From Candidatus Limnocylindrales bacterium (GTDB lineage: Bacteria; Chloroflexota; Limnocylindria; Limnocylindrales; CSP1-4), in the NCBI GenBank assembly GCA_035257225.1, contig DATEXG010000040.1:1-38061 (forward strand): DNA of 38,061 nt, written 5' to 3'. Below, in pieces: positions 15,782 to 24,536 of this stretch. The translations under genes and the position numbers were made by a program. Each line of letters opens with the position of its first letter. Position 1 is the first letter of the stretch. The notes below the pieces were generated by a model, which saw only the letters and a program-made list of their open reading frames with translations, searched no databases and had not been told where the DNA came from.

Positions 15782-17833
15782 ATGTCCCCCGCGGGCGTCA
15801 TCGCCGAGTACCGCCTGCAGGCGCGCCTGATCTGGGAGTGGCGGCCCACTCGGCTTGCGATCGTCCGGCGCACAATCCTGCAGTTCCTTGTGGCGTGCCT
15901 GACGCTAGCCACCGTGGACCTGGTGCTCCCGGAGTTCCACGTGCAGGGACTTGCCGCCATAGCCCTGGGAGGCGCCATGCTGGCCGCGGTCAATGCCGGC
16001 TCGCGCCTGCTGGGGCACTGGCTCCTGGTGGGGCTTCCCCTTCTCGCGGTCGATGGGGTCGCACTCCTCGCACAGTACGTGGCCATCCTCGCTTTGGGTC
16101 GCGTTGTGCCGGGCATCCAGGTGGACGGGCCCGGCACGGCGATCTGGGCGACCGTGTGGCTGACCGCACTCAACGGAGTCCTCGCCGAACTCGTTGCGGT
16201 GAGCGACGACGATTCCTACTACAGCATCCTCGTCCGCCGTCTCGTCGCCCGTCGCGGACGAGATGCCGTATCGAAGGGGCGTGGGCTCCTCGTCGTCCAG
16301 CTGGACGGAGTTGGACGTCCGGTCCTCGAGAATGCCATGCGGGCCGGCCACGTCCCGGTGATCGGGCGGCTCATTCGCACTGGCCGGTCAGCCCTGCATT
16401 CGTGGCAGCCGCTGCTCCCGCCCACCACCCCCGCGAGCCAGGCGGGCATCCTGCATGGTCGCGCCGATGCCGTGCCCGGCTTCCGCTGGTACGAAAAGGA
16501 GACGGGCCGGCTGTTGGTTGCCAACCATCCGGACGATGCGGCCGAGATCTTGCGGCGCATCAGCGACGGCCGCGGTCTGCTTGCCGACGACGGAGCCAGC
16601 ATCGGCAACCTGGTCAGCGGCGATGCGCCACGGAGCTACCTCACCATGGCCACGGTTGGGCGAAAGGAAGCATCCGATGACGGACGCAAGCTGCGCGGCT
16701 TCTTTGTCGGAACGGTCAACTACCTGCGCCTCTTCATGTTGACCCTCGGTGAGATGGCCAAGGAGTTGTATCAGGCCGAGCGCCAGCGAAGCCGTGGCAT
16801 CAGTCCGCGCATGCATCGCGGTCTGTTCTACGCGCTCGAGCGAGCCGTCACGAACGTGGCCCTGCGGACCGTGTCCACGTCTCTGGTGATCGAGGAGATG
16901 TATCGCGGCGCCCCGGTCATCTACGTCGACTACACGGGATACGACGCCGTGGCGCATCACTGCGGTCCGCAACGCCAGGAGGCCATCGACGCGCTGGAGG
17001 GGATCGACCGGTCCATCGGATCGCTCCTGAAGGCTGCTCGGCACGCCGCGCGCAACTACGACCTTGTCGCTCTCTCCGACCATGGTCAGAGCCTCGGCGC
17101 AACCTTTCGGCAGCTCTATGGACAGTCTCTGGAGGCAGTTGTTGCCGCGCTCATCGCGGGAGGGGCGACCGTGATCGGCGGGGGCGACTTGCACGAGCAC
17201 GCGGGAGGCGGCCGACGCATCGCGGGCGAGCTTGGCAGAGGATCGGGGCTGGCGCCCTTCGTGGCTCGCCGCTTCTCCTCCCGACCCAGTCCGAGTCGGT
17301 CCGGCTCTGCCGGGGCTCCGGCGAGCTCAGTCACGCCGGACGTCGTGGTTTGCTCGTCGGGCAGCCTGGCTCACGTCTATTTCACGCAACTGGCCGGCCG
17401 GATGACGCGCGAGGCGATCGAGCAGCGCTATCCGGGGCTGATAGCCGGCCTGGTGCGCCACCCCGGCATCGGGGCGGTCCTGGCATACAGCGAGGATGGG
17501 CGGACGCTCGTCATCGGAGAGAGCGGGGAGCGGACTATTCACGGGACCTCCGGCGCCGCCCCGGATCCTTTGGCCCAGTTTGGGGACGGCGCGAGTGTCG
17601 CCCTGGCGAGCCTGGACGAATTGGCGCACCTGGGGGATCTCATTCTCCTGGGACGGGTCAACCCGGAATCCGGGGAGGTGGTCGGATTCGAGGAGCTCGT
17701 CGGCTCCCACGGAGGGCTCGGGGGGTGGCAGACACAGCCCTTCCTCATGTGCCCTGCCTCGTGGTCGCTCGCGGCCGATCCGATCGTCGGCGCCTCGGCG
17801 ATGCACCGCCAGTTGCGCGACTGGCTGGTATGA
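15782..17833 (+). CDS. membrane-anchored alkaline phosphatase / nucleotide pyrophosphatase-phosphodiesterase family protein
   Basis: An N-terminal multi-TM region of about 150 aa is followed by LLVVQLDGVG...LLPPTTPASQAGILHG (metal/nucleophile Thr region) and DYTGYDAVAHHCG / LSDHGQS motifs typical of the type-I phosphodiesterase superfamily. The start is 3 nt after the Nramp stop (TGACCGATG). Confidence 0.8.
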   Translation: MSPAGVIAEYRLQARLIWEWRPTRLAIVRRTILQFLVACLTLATVDLVLPEFHVQGLAAIALGGAMLAAVNAGSRLLGHWLLVGLPLLAVDGVALLAQYVAILALGRVVPGIQVDGPGTAIWATVWLTALNGVLAELVAVSDDDSYYSILVRRLVARRGRDAVSKGRGLLVVQLDGVGRPVLENAMRAGHVPVIGRLIRTGRSALHSWQPLLPPTTPASQAGILHGRADAVPGFRWYEKETGRLLVANHPDDAAEILRRISDGRGLLADDGASIGNLVSGDAPRSYLTMATVGRKEASDDGRKLRGFFVGTVNYLRLFMLTLGEMAKELYQAERQRSRGISPRMHRGLFYALERAVTNVALRTVSTSLVIEEMYRGAPVIYVDYTGYDAVAHHCGPQRQEAIDALEGIDRSIGSLLKAARHAARNYDLVALSDHGQSLGATFRQLYGQSLEAVVAALIAGGATVIGGGDLHEHAGGGRRIAGELGRGSGLAPFVARRFSSRPSPSRSGSAGAPASSVTPDVVVCSSGSLAHVYFTQLAGRMTREAIEQRYPGLIAGLVRHPGIGAVLAYSEDGRTLVIGESGERTIHGTSGAAPDPLAQFGDGASVALASLDELAHLGDLILLGRVNPESGEVVGFEELVGSHGGLGGWQTQPFLMCPASWSLAADPIVGASAMHRQLRDWLV

Positions 17834-17852
17834 CCGCGCGGCGCCGGATGGG

Positions 17853-18650
17853 CTATCCCTTGGCCTTGCCGAGTTCCGTGATCACCGAACGGAACGGTTC
17901 GGCGTAGCCGGTGAAGCCGGCGAAGATGCGCCGAACCTCCTCCGGCGGGCGGCCCGACTTCAATAGCCCGGCGCTCCAGCTCTTCGCGTTGGCGTTGGCG
18001 CGCGGTCCGAAGCAGCCGTAGCAGCCGCGGTCGTAGGACGGGCAAAGGGCGTTGCAGCCGGACGTTGTCACGGGGCCCATGCAGGCTTCGCCCGAGGCGA
18101 CGACGAGGCACACGATGCCCTTGCGCTTGCACTCGCGGCACACAGCCTCGTCGCGGATCTGGGGCCGGCGACCGACGAGCACCGCCGTCAGCAGCTCGGT
18201 CAGCTGGCCCGGATCGATGGGGCAGCCGCGCAGCTCACCGTCCACCTTGACGTGCTCCGCAACGGGCGTGGCCTTGGCCAGCGACTCGATCCACTCCGGA
18301 TGCTCGTAGACGGCAGCCCGGTAGGCATCGTGGTCCGCCCAGTTGCGCAGCGCCTGGATCCCACCGGCAGTGGCGCAGGCTCCGATGGTGACCAGGATGC
18401 GGGCCTGCGTCCGCAGCTCTTTGATCTGGTCGATGTGCTCGGGTGCGCTGATCGACCCTTCCACGAAGACGATGTCATAGGGCCCGGGCGACCGGCGCGA
18501 GGTTGCCTCGGGGAACTCGACGATGTCGAAGCGGGAGACGATCTCGAGGAGCTCGTCCTCCAGATCGAGCAGCGTGAGCTGGCAGCCGTCGCAGGAGGCG
18601 AACTTGGCGACGGCGACGCGCGGTCGGGCGGTCCTGCCGGTGGTTGCCAT
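17853..18650 (-). CDS. [NiFe]-hydrogenase small-subunit-like / NuoB-like FeS protein (sulfhydrogenase delta-type)
   Basis: KFASCDGCQ, TIGACATAGGIQ and RGCPI form the proximal-cluster Cys pattern of hydrogenase small subunits. A Cys-rich tail follows (CRECKRKGIVC...CMGPVTTSGCNALCPSYDRGCYGC). The ATG overlaps the upstream stop (TGATG). Confidence 0.8.
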   Translation of the reverse strand: MATTGRTARPRVAVAKFASCDGCQLTLLDLEDELLEIVSRFDIVEFPEATSRRSPGPYDIVFVEGSISAPEHIDQIKELRTQARILVTIGACATAGGIQALRNWADHDAYRAAVYEHPEWIESLAKATPVAEHVKVDGELRGCPIDPGQLTELLTAVLVGRRPQIRDEAVCRECKRKGIVCLVVASGEACMGPVTTSGCNALCPSYDRGCYGCFGPRANANAKSWSAGLLKSGRPPEEVRRIFAGFTGYAEPFRSVITELGKAKG

Positions 18651-20629
18651 CAGATCCCCTCACGGTTGAAGAGGTCCCCGAGCTCATTGAGCCGGAACAC
18701 CGGACCGTCCTTGCAGACGAAGCGGCCGCCCATCTGGCAGTGGCCGCACAGGCCGATGCCGCATTCCATGTGGCGCTCCATCGAGACGCAGATGCGGTCG
18801 GCCGGAACGCCCTTGGAGATCAGGCCCTGGACGGAAGCCTGCATCATCCGCTCCGGTCCCACGACGAAGGCCGTGACCTTGGTGCAGTCCCACGAGATCA
18901 TGTCGAACAAAGTCGTGACGACACCGACGCGGCCCTTCCACTCCGGTCCGGCCCGGTCCACCGTGATCGCGACGTCGATGGCCTTGCCGGCGGACCAAGC
19001 GGCGAGATCGTCGCGGAAGAGCTGGTCCTCGGGCGTTCGAGAGCCGTAGAAGAGCGAGACCGACTCGAATCGATCGTGGTTCGCTACGAGCGCGTCCACC
19101 AAGCCGTGGAGCGGCGACAGACCGACGCCACCGGCCACCACCACGGCGTGCCGGCCGTAGGCCTCCTCGACCGGCCAGAAGGTGCCCAGAGGGCCTCGCA
19201 GACCGACCTTGGCGCCCTGGTGGAGATTGGTGAGCGCCGTCGAAGTGGGCCCGACTGCCCGTATCGTGAGATCGATCCCGTTCGCCCGGAAGCGAGAGAT
19301 CGAGATCGGCACGGCCGGGAAGGCGGGCAGGGCGATCATCACGAACTGGCCCGGCCGGCCGGCCAGGAATGCCGGGTCCACGTCCGTGAGCGTGAGCGTA
19401 GACGTGTCCTCGGTCTCCGGCCTGATCGCAGCGACGCGGGCGATCGAGTATGAGCCGGGGCTGGCGGCGACCGGTTCCACCGCCACCGGCCGGATCACCG
19501 GGGCGATGGGCGGCGCAATGACCCCGAGTTCCTCGCGGACGTCGATCGCGACCGGGCACCAGGTGATGCAGCGGCCGCAGCCGACACAGCCGCTGCTCCC
19601 GAACTGGTCGAACCATGTCGAGAACTTATGGGTTAGCCACTGGCGATAGCGATCGCGCGGGCGGGAGCGGAAGTCACCCCCCGCGACCTTCGCGAAGGCG
19701 ACGTCGAAGCACGAGTCCCACTGCCTCTCCGTAGTACTGCGCCGGCCCTCCATGTCCGACCTCTCGACAACCGAAGTGCAGAAGCAGGTCGGGCAGGACA
19801 TCGTGCAGTTGCCGCATTCGACGCACCGATCCGCGACCACGGCCCAGCGGGGGTGGTCCAGCTGGAGCTTGAGACGCTCGTCTATGCCGGCCATCGGAAG
19901 CGGCTCGCCCATTTGCGTCCGCACCGACTCCACGTTGTCGACGGCGGCGCCCGCCTCCGCATGGCTCGGGCGGCGCGTCGGCAGCTTGGCCACGATGGCC
20001 GCGCCTTCGGGCGAACCGGCATGCACGACGAAGCCTTCGTCGATCTCGGTCATGAGGATGTCGTACCCGCCGTGGACTTCCGGCCCCGTGCCCATCGAAG
20101 TGCAGAAGCACGTGCCCGACGAGGTGGTGCACTGGACCGCGACGATGAAAGCGGCGGCTCGGCGCGCACGGAAGTCCTCGTCCGTGAACTGGCCGCCCAG
20201 GAAGACACGGTCCTGGATCTCCAATGCCGCGATCTCGCAGGCGCGGACACCCAAGAATGCCACCGGTGGAGCCTCCGGCGTTGGCTGCTCGAAGCCGAAC
20301 GACCCGGTTCTGTGGGCACTGGCGATGGGCAAGTTGGGAGGGAACGTGAACCGCTTCCACGAGGTGGGGCCCACGGTGTAGCCGAAGACCCGTTCGTCCG
20401 TCCTGCGCTCGAGGCGGTAGCGTCCGGCCGCCTGTTCGTCGCGCCAGCCTGCCGGAAGGTCGGCGGCCGATTGGATCTCGTCGTAGACGATCGCGTTCTC
20501 TCGGATGGTGGGGCCGATGACGCGCCGGCCGGAGTCGCGCAGACTATCGATCAACACGCCGAGGTCCGCGCGGGCCAGGAACCACTGCCTGGCCGCGGCC
20601 GCGTGGCTGGGGGCAGGTGAAGTGATCAC
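18650..20629 (-). CDS. fused sulfhydrogenase beta-like (4Fe-4S dicluster, AsrA-like) and gamma-like (FAD/NAD(P)-binding, 2Fe-2S, AsrB-like) oxidoreductase
   Basis: The N-half has GVRACEIAAL, CFCTSMG, CVECGNCTMSCPTCFC and CVGCGRCITWCP. The C-half has a ferredoxin-reductase-type fold (GQFVMI, AVVVAGGVGLSPL, FVVGPERMM) and a terminal CGIGLCGHCQ cluster motif. GTG start with AGGAGG upstream. Confidence 0.8.
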   Translation of the reverse strand: MITSPAPSHAAAARQWFLARADLGVLIDSLRDSGRRVIGPTIRENAIVYDEIQSAADLPAGWRDEQAAGRYRLERRTDERVFGYTVGPTSWKRFTFPPNLPIASAHRTGSFGFEQPTPEAPPVAFLGVRACEIAALEIQDRVFLGGQFTDEDFRARRAAAFIVAVQCTTSSGTCFCTSMGTGPEVHGGYDILMTEIDEGFVVHAGSPEGAAIVAKLPTRRPSHAEAGAAVDNVESVRTQMGEPLPMAGIDERLKLQLDHPRWAVVADRCVECGNCTMSCPTCFCTSVVERSDMEGRRSTTERQWDSCFDVAFAKVAGGDFRSRPRDRYRQWLTHKFSTWFDQFGSSGCVGCGRCITWCPVAIDVREELGVIAPPIAPVIRPVAVEPVAASPGSYSIARVAAIRPETEDTSTLTLTDVDPAFLAGRPGQFVMIALPAFPAVPISISRFRANGIDLTIRAVGPTSTALTNLHQGAKVGLRGPLGTFWPVEEAYGRHAVVVAGGVGLSPLHGLVDALVANHDRFESVSLFYGSRTPEDQLFRDDLAAWSAGKAIDVAITVDRAGPEWKGRVGVVTTLFDMISWDCTKVTAFVVGPERMMQASVQGLISKGVPADRICVSMERHMECGIGLCGHCQMGGRFVCKDGPVFRLNELGDLFNREGI

Positions 20630-20683
20630 GGAACGGGCGACCTCCTGGGGGGACTGCTGGCGGGACGAGCTTGCGAACGACCC

Positions 20684-21148
20684 TCAGCGGGCGAATAGAT
20701 CGAGAAGCTGGAGCCGCGTCGCGCGAAGGCGTCGGGCAACAGCCTGGAGAACTCGCGGGTACAGGCTGGCTGCCAGGGCGTGGTCTTCCTTGAGGGCCGC
20801 CCTGAGCTTGGTTCCTTCTATGACAAGTGCCTGGCTCTTCTCGGTAGCCACGACCGTGGATTGGACCTGCATGGCGGCCAGGACGGCGGACCAGCCGAAG
20901 ATGTCACCCGGCTCGACGCTCAAGATCGTGACCGGTCCACGTTCGGGGACGAGGGTTCGCAAGGCAAGTTGCCCCGAGATCAGGATGCCCATCTCGTTGG
21001 CTTCGTCACCCTCGTGGAGGATGACCTCATCCGCTTCGAAGTCCTGTATCACGCCCAGCTTGGCGAGGCGCTCCTGCGTCTCGGGCGCAAGATCGGAGCC
21101 GAACCAGGTGTGGTTGAGCATGGAGATGACCGTGGCGTGATCGTCCAT
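20684..21148 (-). CDS. stand-alone cyclic-nucleotide-binding (CAP effector-type) domain protein, no HTH
   Basis: 154 aa. The beta-roll pattern is VILHEGDEANEMGILISGQLALR...ILSVEPGDIFGWSAVL...ATVVATEKSQALVIEG, followed by the C-helix. The protein ends without a DNA-binding domain. Confidence 0.75.
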   Translation of the reverse strand: MDDHATVISMLNHTWFGSDLAPETQERLAKLGVIQDFEADEVILHEGDEANEMGILISGQLALRTLVPERGPVTILSVEPGDIFGWSAVLAAMQVQSTVVATEKSQALVIEGTKLRAALKEDHALAASLYPRVLQAVARRLRATRLQLLDLFAR

Positions 21149-21299
21149 GGGGGGAGCATGCCCGCGTGGCTCCCGACAGGGCGAGTGCCATCAGGTCGGC
21201 GAGGGTGGGCCATTCGGCCCCGTTGCTCGCCCGGAATGCCGTCCCGATGCCGGCGCCGCTAGACTGCACCGGGACCCAGGAACGCGGAGTTGCGAATCG

Positions 21300-22349
21300 A
21301 TGGAACCCAGGCGACGCTTGGCGGCAGGACTGGCCGGAGCCGCCTTAGTGCTCATCGCGATCGGCGTTGCCGCGCTCGTCTTCGATGCGAGCTTCGCGAA
21401 CAACGGCGGCGCAGGATCGAGTGGCGTGCCGACGGCGTCGGCGCATGCCGGCACTCCCGCTCCCAGCCCGTCACCGTCGCCCACTCCATCCGCGTCCCGA
21501 GGCAGCGGCATCCCGGTGACGCCCTCCCTTGTGCTGTCGCCCTCGCCGGTCGTCTCTGCCAGCCCGAGCGGGAATTCGGCGAGGTTCATCAAGGTGGGCG
21601 ACGGCTTCGTCTACAACGCCGACGATGGAACGCAGGTGCCCGTTCCGCTGGTGCCGGGGCTCGGCGTGGCGATCAATTCCGGCCGGGCCACCTACTTCGG
21701 CCTTGCCTCCAACCGGTACGGGCTCAAGACCGATTCCTACGCCGGCGAGTTCATGCCCCTCGTCACGATGGGTCAGCCGGATGGCTCCAGCGCGCAAACG
21801 GGAGGGGTCGTTCTGGTCGGTCCGGTCATCAGCCGCCTGGTCCAAGACAGGCTGGCCGCCGCCCAGTCCGATGCGGATCGGTGGGTAGTTGCCCTGCCTA
21901 TCGACATCCGGAAGAGTTCGGGATCTCCGGTGTCGGTCTCGTTCGACACGTTCGGCCTGGCCGGCTGGTCGAACACGCCGCGCGTCGTGGTGAAGTTCGC
22001 AGGCTCGCTGCCGATCGTCGAGGCCGTACCAGCCAACGGCGGCTTCCACGTCCTGGTAGAGCAGCTGGGGGTCACGCGCTGGCAGGTCATCGATCCGGTC
22101 CGCCTGGGCCTGCCACCGGACAGCATCGATCCCGGCCATGTCATGAATGAATTGCTCGTCTACGGCAGCGGCGCGCCGAGTGTCACTCGCGACAAGTTCT
22201 TCGATGTCAGGGCCGCCGTCGGGTCGCTCATGCTCACCGCATCCGGCGACGTGAGCGTCTCCCTCGTGGTGAATGGGAGTCGAGCGGATCTTGGCGCGGA
22301 CAAGGTGCTCACCGTGGGCGACGTCCCGGTCTTCGTCGCCTCCCTCTAG
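21300..22349 (+). CDS. hypothetical membrane-anchored extracytoplasmic protein
   Basis: ATG 21300 gives MEPRRRLAAGLAGAALVLIAIGVAALVF (signal anchor). A Ser/Pro-rich linker (PAPSPSPSPTPSAS) and a beta-rich domain of about 270 aa follow. No family recognised. Confidence 0.55.
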   Translation: MEPRRRLAAGLAGAALVLIAIGVAALVFDASFANNGGAGSSGVPTASAHAGTPAPSPSPSPTPSASRGSGIPVTPSLVLSPSPVVSASPSGNSARFIKVGDGFVYNADDGTQVPVPLVPGLGVAINSGRATYFGLASNRYGLKTDSYAGEFMPLVTMGQPDGSSAQTGGVVLVGPVISRLVQDRLAAAQSDADRWVVALPIDIRKSSGSPVSVSFDTFGLAGWSNTPRVVVKFAGSLPIVEAVPANGGFHVLVEQLGVTRWQVIDPVRLGLPPDSIDPGHVMNELLVYGSGAPSVTRDKFFDVRAAVGSLMLTASGDVSVSLVVNGSRADLGADKVLTVGDVPVFVASL

Positions 22350-22446
22350 AGAACGGTTCCATCAGCTCAAGAGTCAGACTTGGGGATGATCTCGACTTCG
22401 ACACCCGTCGCTAGACTGGCCCGGTGACAGCGCGGCAGCGAGGTGG

Positions 22447-23124
22447 ATGATGGACGGCAGATGGCTCGAACGAGATAACGGACCGAGGCGCGAAAGCCGG
22501 CAGGGGACGATCGTCGCGGGAGTGCTCTTGATAGCACTGGGCGCGGCGTTCCTGGTGAACAACCAGCTGAACCTGGACTGGGACCGCTACGGCTGGCCGG
22601 TCTTCGTCATCGCGCCGGGCATCTTCCTGCTCTTGATCGGCCTCGCCATCAGGAATGAGGCCGGGCTGGGCATGGCCATTCCGGGAGGCATCATCCTTTC
22701 GGTCGGCCTGCTTCTGGCCTTCCAGAATGCCACCGGTGCCTGGGCCAGCTGGGCCTACGCGTGGGCCCTCGTAGCGCCCGGGTCGGTGGGCGTGACGCTC
22801 TCCGCTTACGGGCTGCTCCATCGGCGCTTGGATCTGCTGGACGCCGGTCTCCGGACGGCGGCCACGGGCCTCGGGCTCTTCGTCGGGTTCGGGCTCTTCT
22901 TCGAGAACATAGTCGGCATCGACAGCGGCCACGAGAGCACGGTGCTCCAGAACGCTCTTCCGGTTATGGCGATCGTTCTGGGTGCGCTGATCGTGCTGGT
23001 GAACCTCTTGCCGCGGCCCAGGTCGCGGTCCGGAACGGCCGCATCGGACGAATGGAGCGCGGGTGGGGCAGCCTCCTCCGCCACGCCGACGTCGCCCGAG
23101 TCTCCGGCCGGACCGCGGGACTAG
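22447..23124 (+). CDS. hypothetical integral membrane protein
   Basis: Five to six hydrophobic segments (GTIVAGVLLIALGAAFLV, WPVFVIAPGIFLLLIGLAI, and others) and a Ser/Ala/Pro-rich tail. The second ATG (22450) has the better RBS spacing. Confidence 0.55.
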   Translation: MMDGRWLERDNGPRRESRQGTIVAGVLLIALGAAFLVNNQLNLDWDRYGWPVFVIAPGIFLLLIGLAIRNEAGLGMAIPGGIILSVGLLLAFQNATGAWASWAYAWALVAPGSVGVTLSAYGLLHRRLDLLDAGLRTAATGLGLFVGFGLFFENIVGIDSGHESTVLQNALPVMAIVLGALIVLVNLLPRPRSRSGTAASDEWSAGGAASSATPTSPESPAGPRD

Positions 23125-23131
23125 GCCCGAC

Positions 23132-24469
23132 CTACCGAACCGCGGTCACCGTGTAGTCGAGCGTGCCGGCCGGCACCTGGACGCGAACCGTCTCGCCGGC
23201 TCGCCGGCCCATCAGCGCGCGTCCGATCGGCGACGTGTAGCTGATTTTGCCGGCCCTGGCATCGGCCTCGGCCGAACCTACGATCGTGAACGTCTCCTCG
23301 CCGTGGCGGTCCGTCTCGATCACGACGGTCGAACCGAGGACGACCACACTGCCCGTACCCTCGGTCTCGATGATCACCGCGCTCTTGATCATCTGCTCGA
23401 GTTGTTGCACGCGACCCTCGAGGAACGACTGCTCCTTGCGGGCGGCGTCGTAGTCGGCGTTCTCGCTGAGATCCCCCAACTCGCGAGCGGCCTTGATGCG
23501 GGAGATGACCTCCGGTCGCCCCCGATTGGCCAGCTCGTCGAGTTCGGTCTGGAGAGCGGCCAGGCCCACGGCCGTGACGTGGGTCGGGGCGGCGGACGAC
23601 CCGCGCGAAGCGGCCGCGTTCTTCGAGGAACGGCGCACCGCCACGGTCTCGATCGCCGACGGACCGGTGGTGGCCATAGGTTTGGGGACCGTCTTGCGAG
23701 GGGTTGACTTGGGCTTTCGGAGACTCGCCGGCCTGGTGGGCCTAGGGGCCCCACCGCGAGCCGGGAGACTGCTGGCCGCCATCTCTTCTTCGTTCGCATC
23801 CGGCAGGACCGTAACCTTGGTGACCCTGGCCGGCCTGTTCGCTTCCGAGTCGTGGAGAGGCGCGGTGATGCCGTGCTCGTGGCGCTGGCCGCTGGGTGTC
23901 GCCAGAACGGCAAACGGGAGTGCGCCGACGCTCTTTTGGAACTGCTCGATCAGCGTGTCCTCGTACAGCTCCGGATCGGCGGTGGGTGCCCACCATATCC
24001 GGGCCTTGTTCAGATCGTGGAGCGTCTTGAGCCAGTAGCCGGCTGATTGCGGCCGGCGCTCACCGAGCTGGGTCTTGAACATCGCCGCCAGTCGCGCGGT
24101 CACGGACTTCTGGCTCGAGCCGATGTAGAGGATGGGCTGACCCGGCAGCCAGAACGACGCAAGGCGCGACTGCAGCTCGGCAACCGACGGTCGCTTGTCG
24201 TCGAGGCGGAGGTCAGGGGCGCGCTCGAGCCATTGGCGGATGGCGTTCGCTTCTATCGAGACTTTGGGCTGTGGAGCCGGCAATTCGACCACGAAGACGC
24301 CCGGGCTGCCGCCCGTAACGGGCCGACCCCACTGGATCGGACCCTCGACGGCCAGGCCGTTGGATCGCAGCAGGTCCCGGCCGTTGAGCGGGGCGGCGGA
24401 GGGGGATGAGGTCGTCACGTGTGAACCGTGCCTTGCTGAAGCCTGGCTTGTCAAACGAGGGCCATCCAC
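23132..24469 (-). CDS. greA: transcription elongation factor GreA fused to an N-terminal extension of about 290 aa (GIY-YIG-like core plus basic linker)
   Basis: The C-terminal 150 aa form a full GreA: LAALQTELDEL...IKAARELGDLSENADYDAARKEQSFLEGRVQQLE (coiled-coil finger with acidic tip), then the globular domain ...ISYTSPIGRALMGRRAGETVRVQVPAG. No stop codon separates it from the upstream protein-like region (PILYIGSSQKSVTARL...YWLKTLH...IWWAPT...YEDTLIEQF). GTG start at 24469. Confidence 0.75.
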   Translation of the reverse strand: MDGPRLTSQASARHGSHVTTSSPSAAPLNGRDLLRSNGLAVEGPIQWGRPVTGGSPGVFVVELPAPQPKVSIEANAIRQWLERAPDLRLDDKRPSVAELQSRLASFWLPGQPILYIGSSQKSVTARLAAMFKTQLGERRPQSAGYWLKTLHDLNKARIWWAPTADPELYEDTLIEQFQKSVGALPFAVLATPSGQRHEHGITAPLHDSEANRPARVTKVTVLPDANEEEMAASSLPARGGAPRPTRPASLRKPKSTPRKTVPKPMATTGPSAIETVAVRRSSKNAAASRGSSAAPTHVTAVGLAALQTELDELANRGRPEVISRIKAARELGDLSENADYDAARKEQSFLEGRVQQLEQMIKSAVIIETEGTGSVVVLGSTVVIETDRHGEETFTIVGSAEADARAGKISYTSPIGRALMGRRAGETVRVQVPAGTLDYTVTAVR

Positions 24470-24536
24470 TCCACCTTAATTGGGGAAGGAAGGCCCCGGC
24501 GAACGCCGGATCCTTCGATTTCCTGGAGGGAGGCCA

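Noticed and set aside
17853-20629. Calling the locus a functional [NiFe] sulfhydrogenase/hydrogenase.
   Set aside because: Only the beta, gamma and delta equivalents are present. No ORF has the large-subunit RxCGxC and DPCxxC motifs, and no hyp genes are present. It is therefore described as hydrogenase-like electron-transfer components only.
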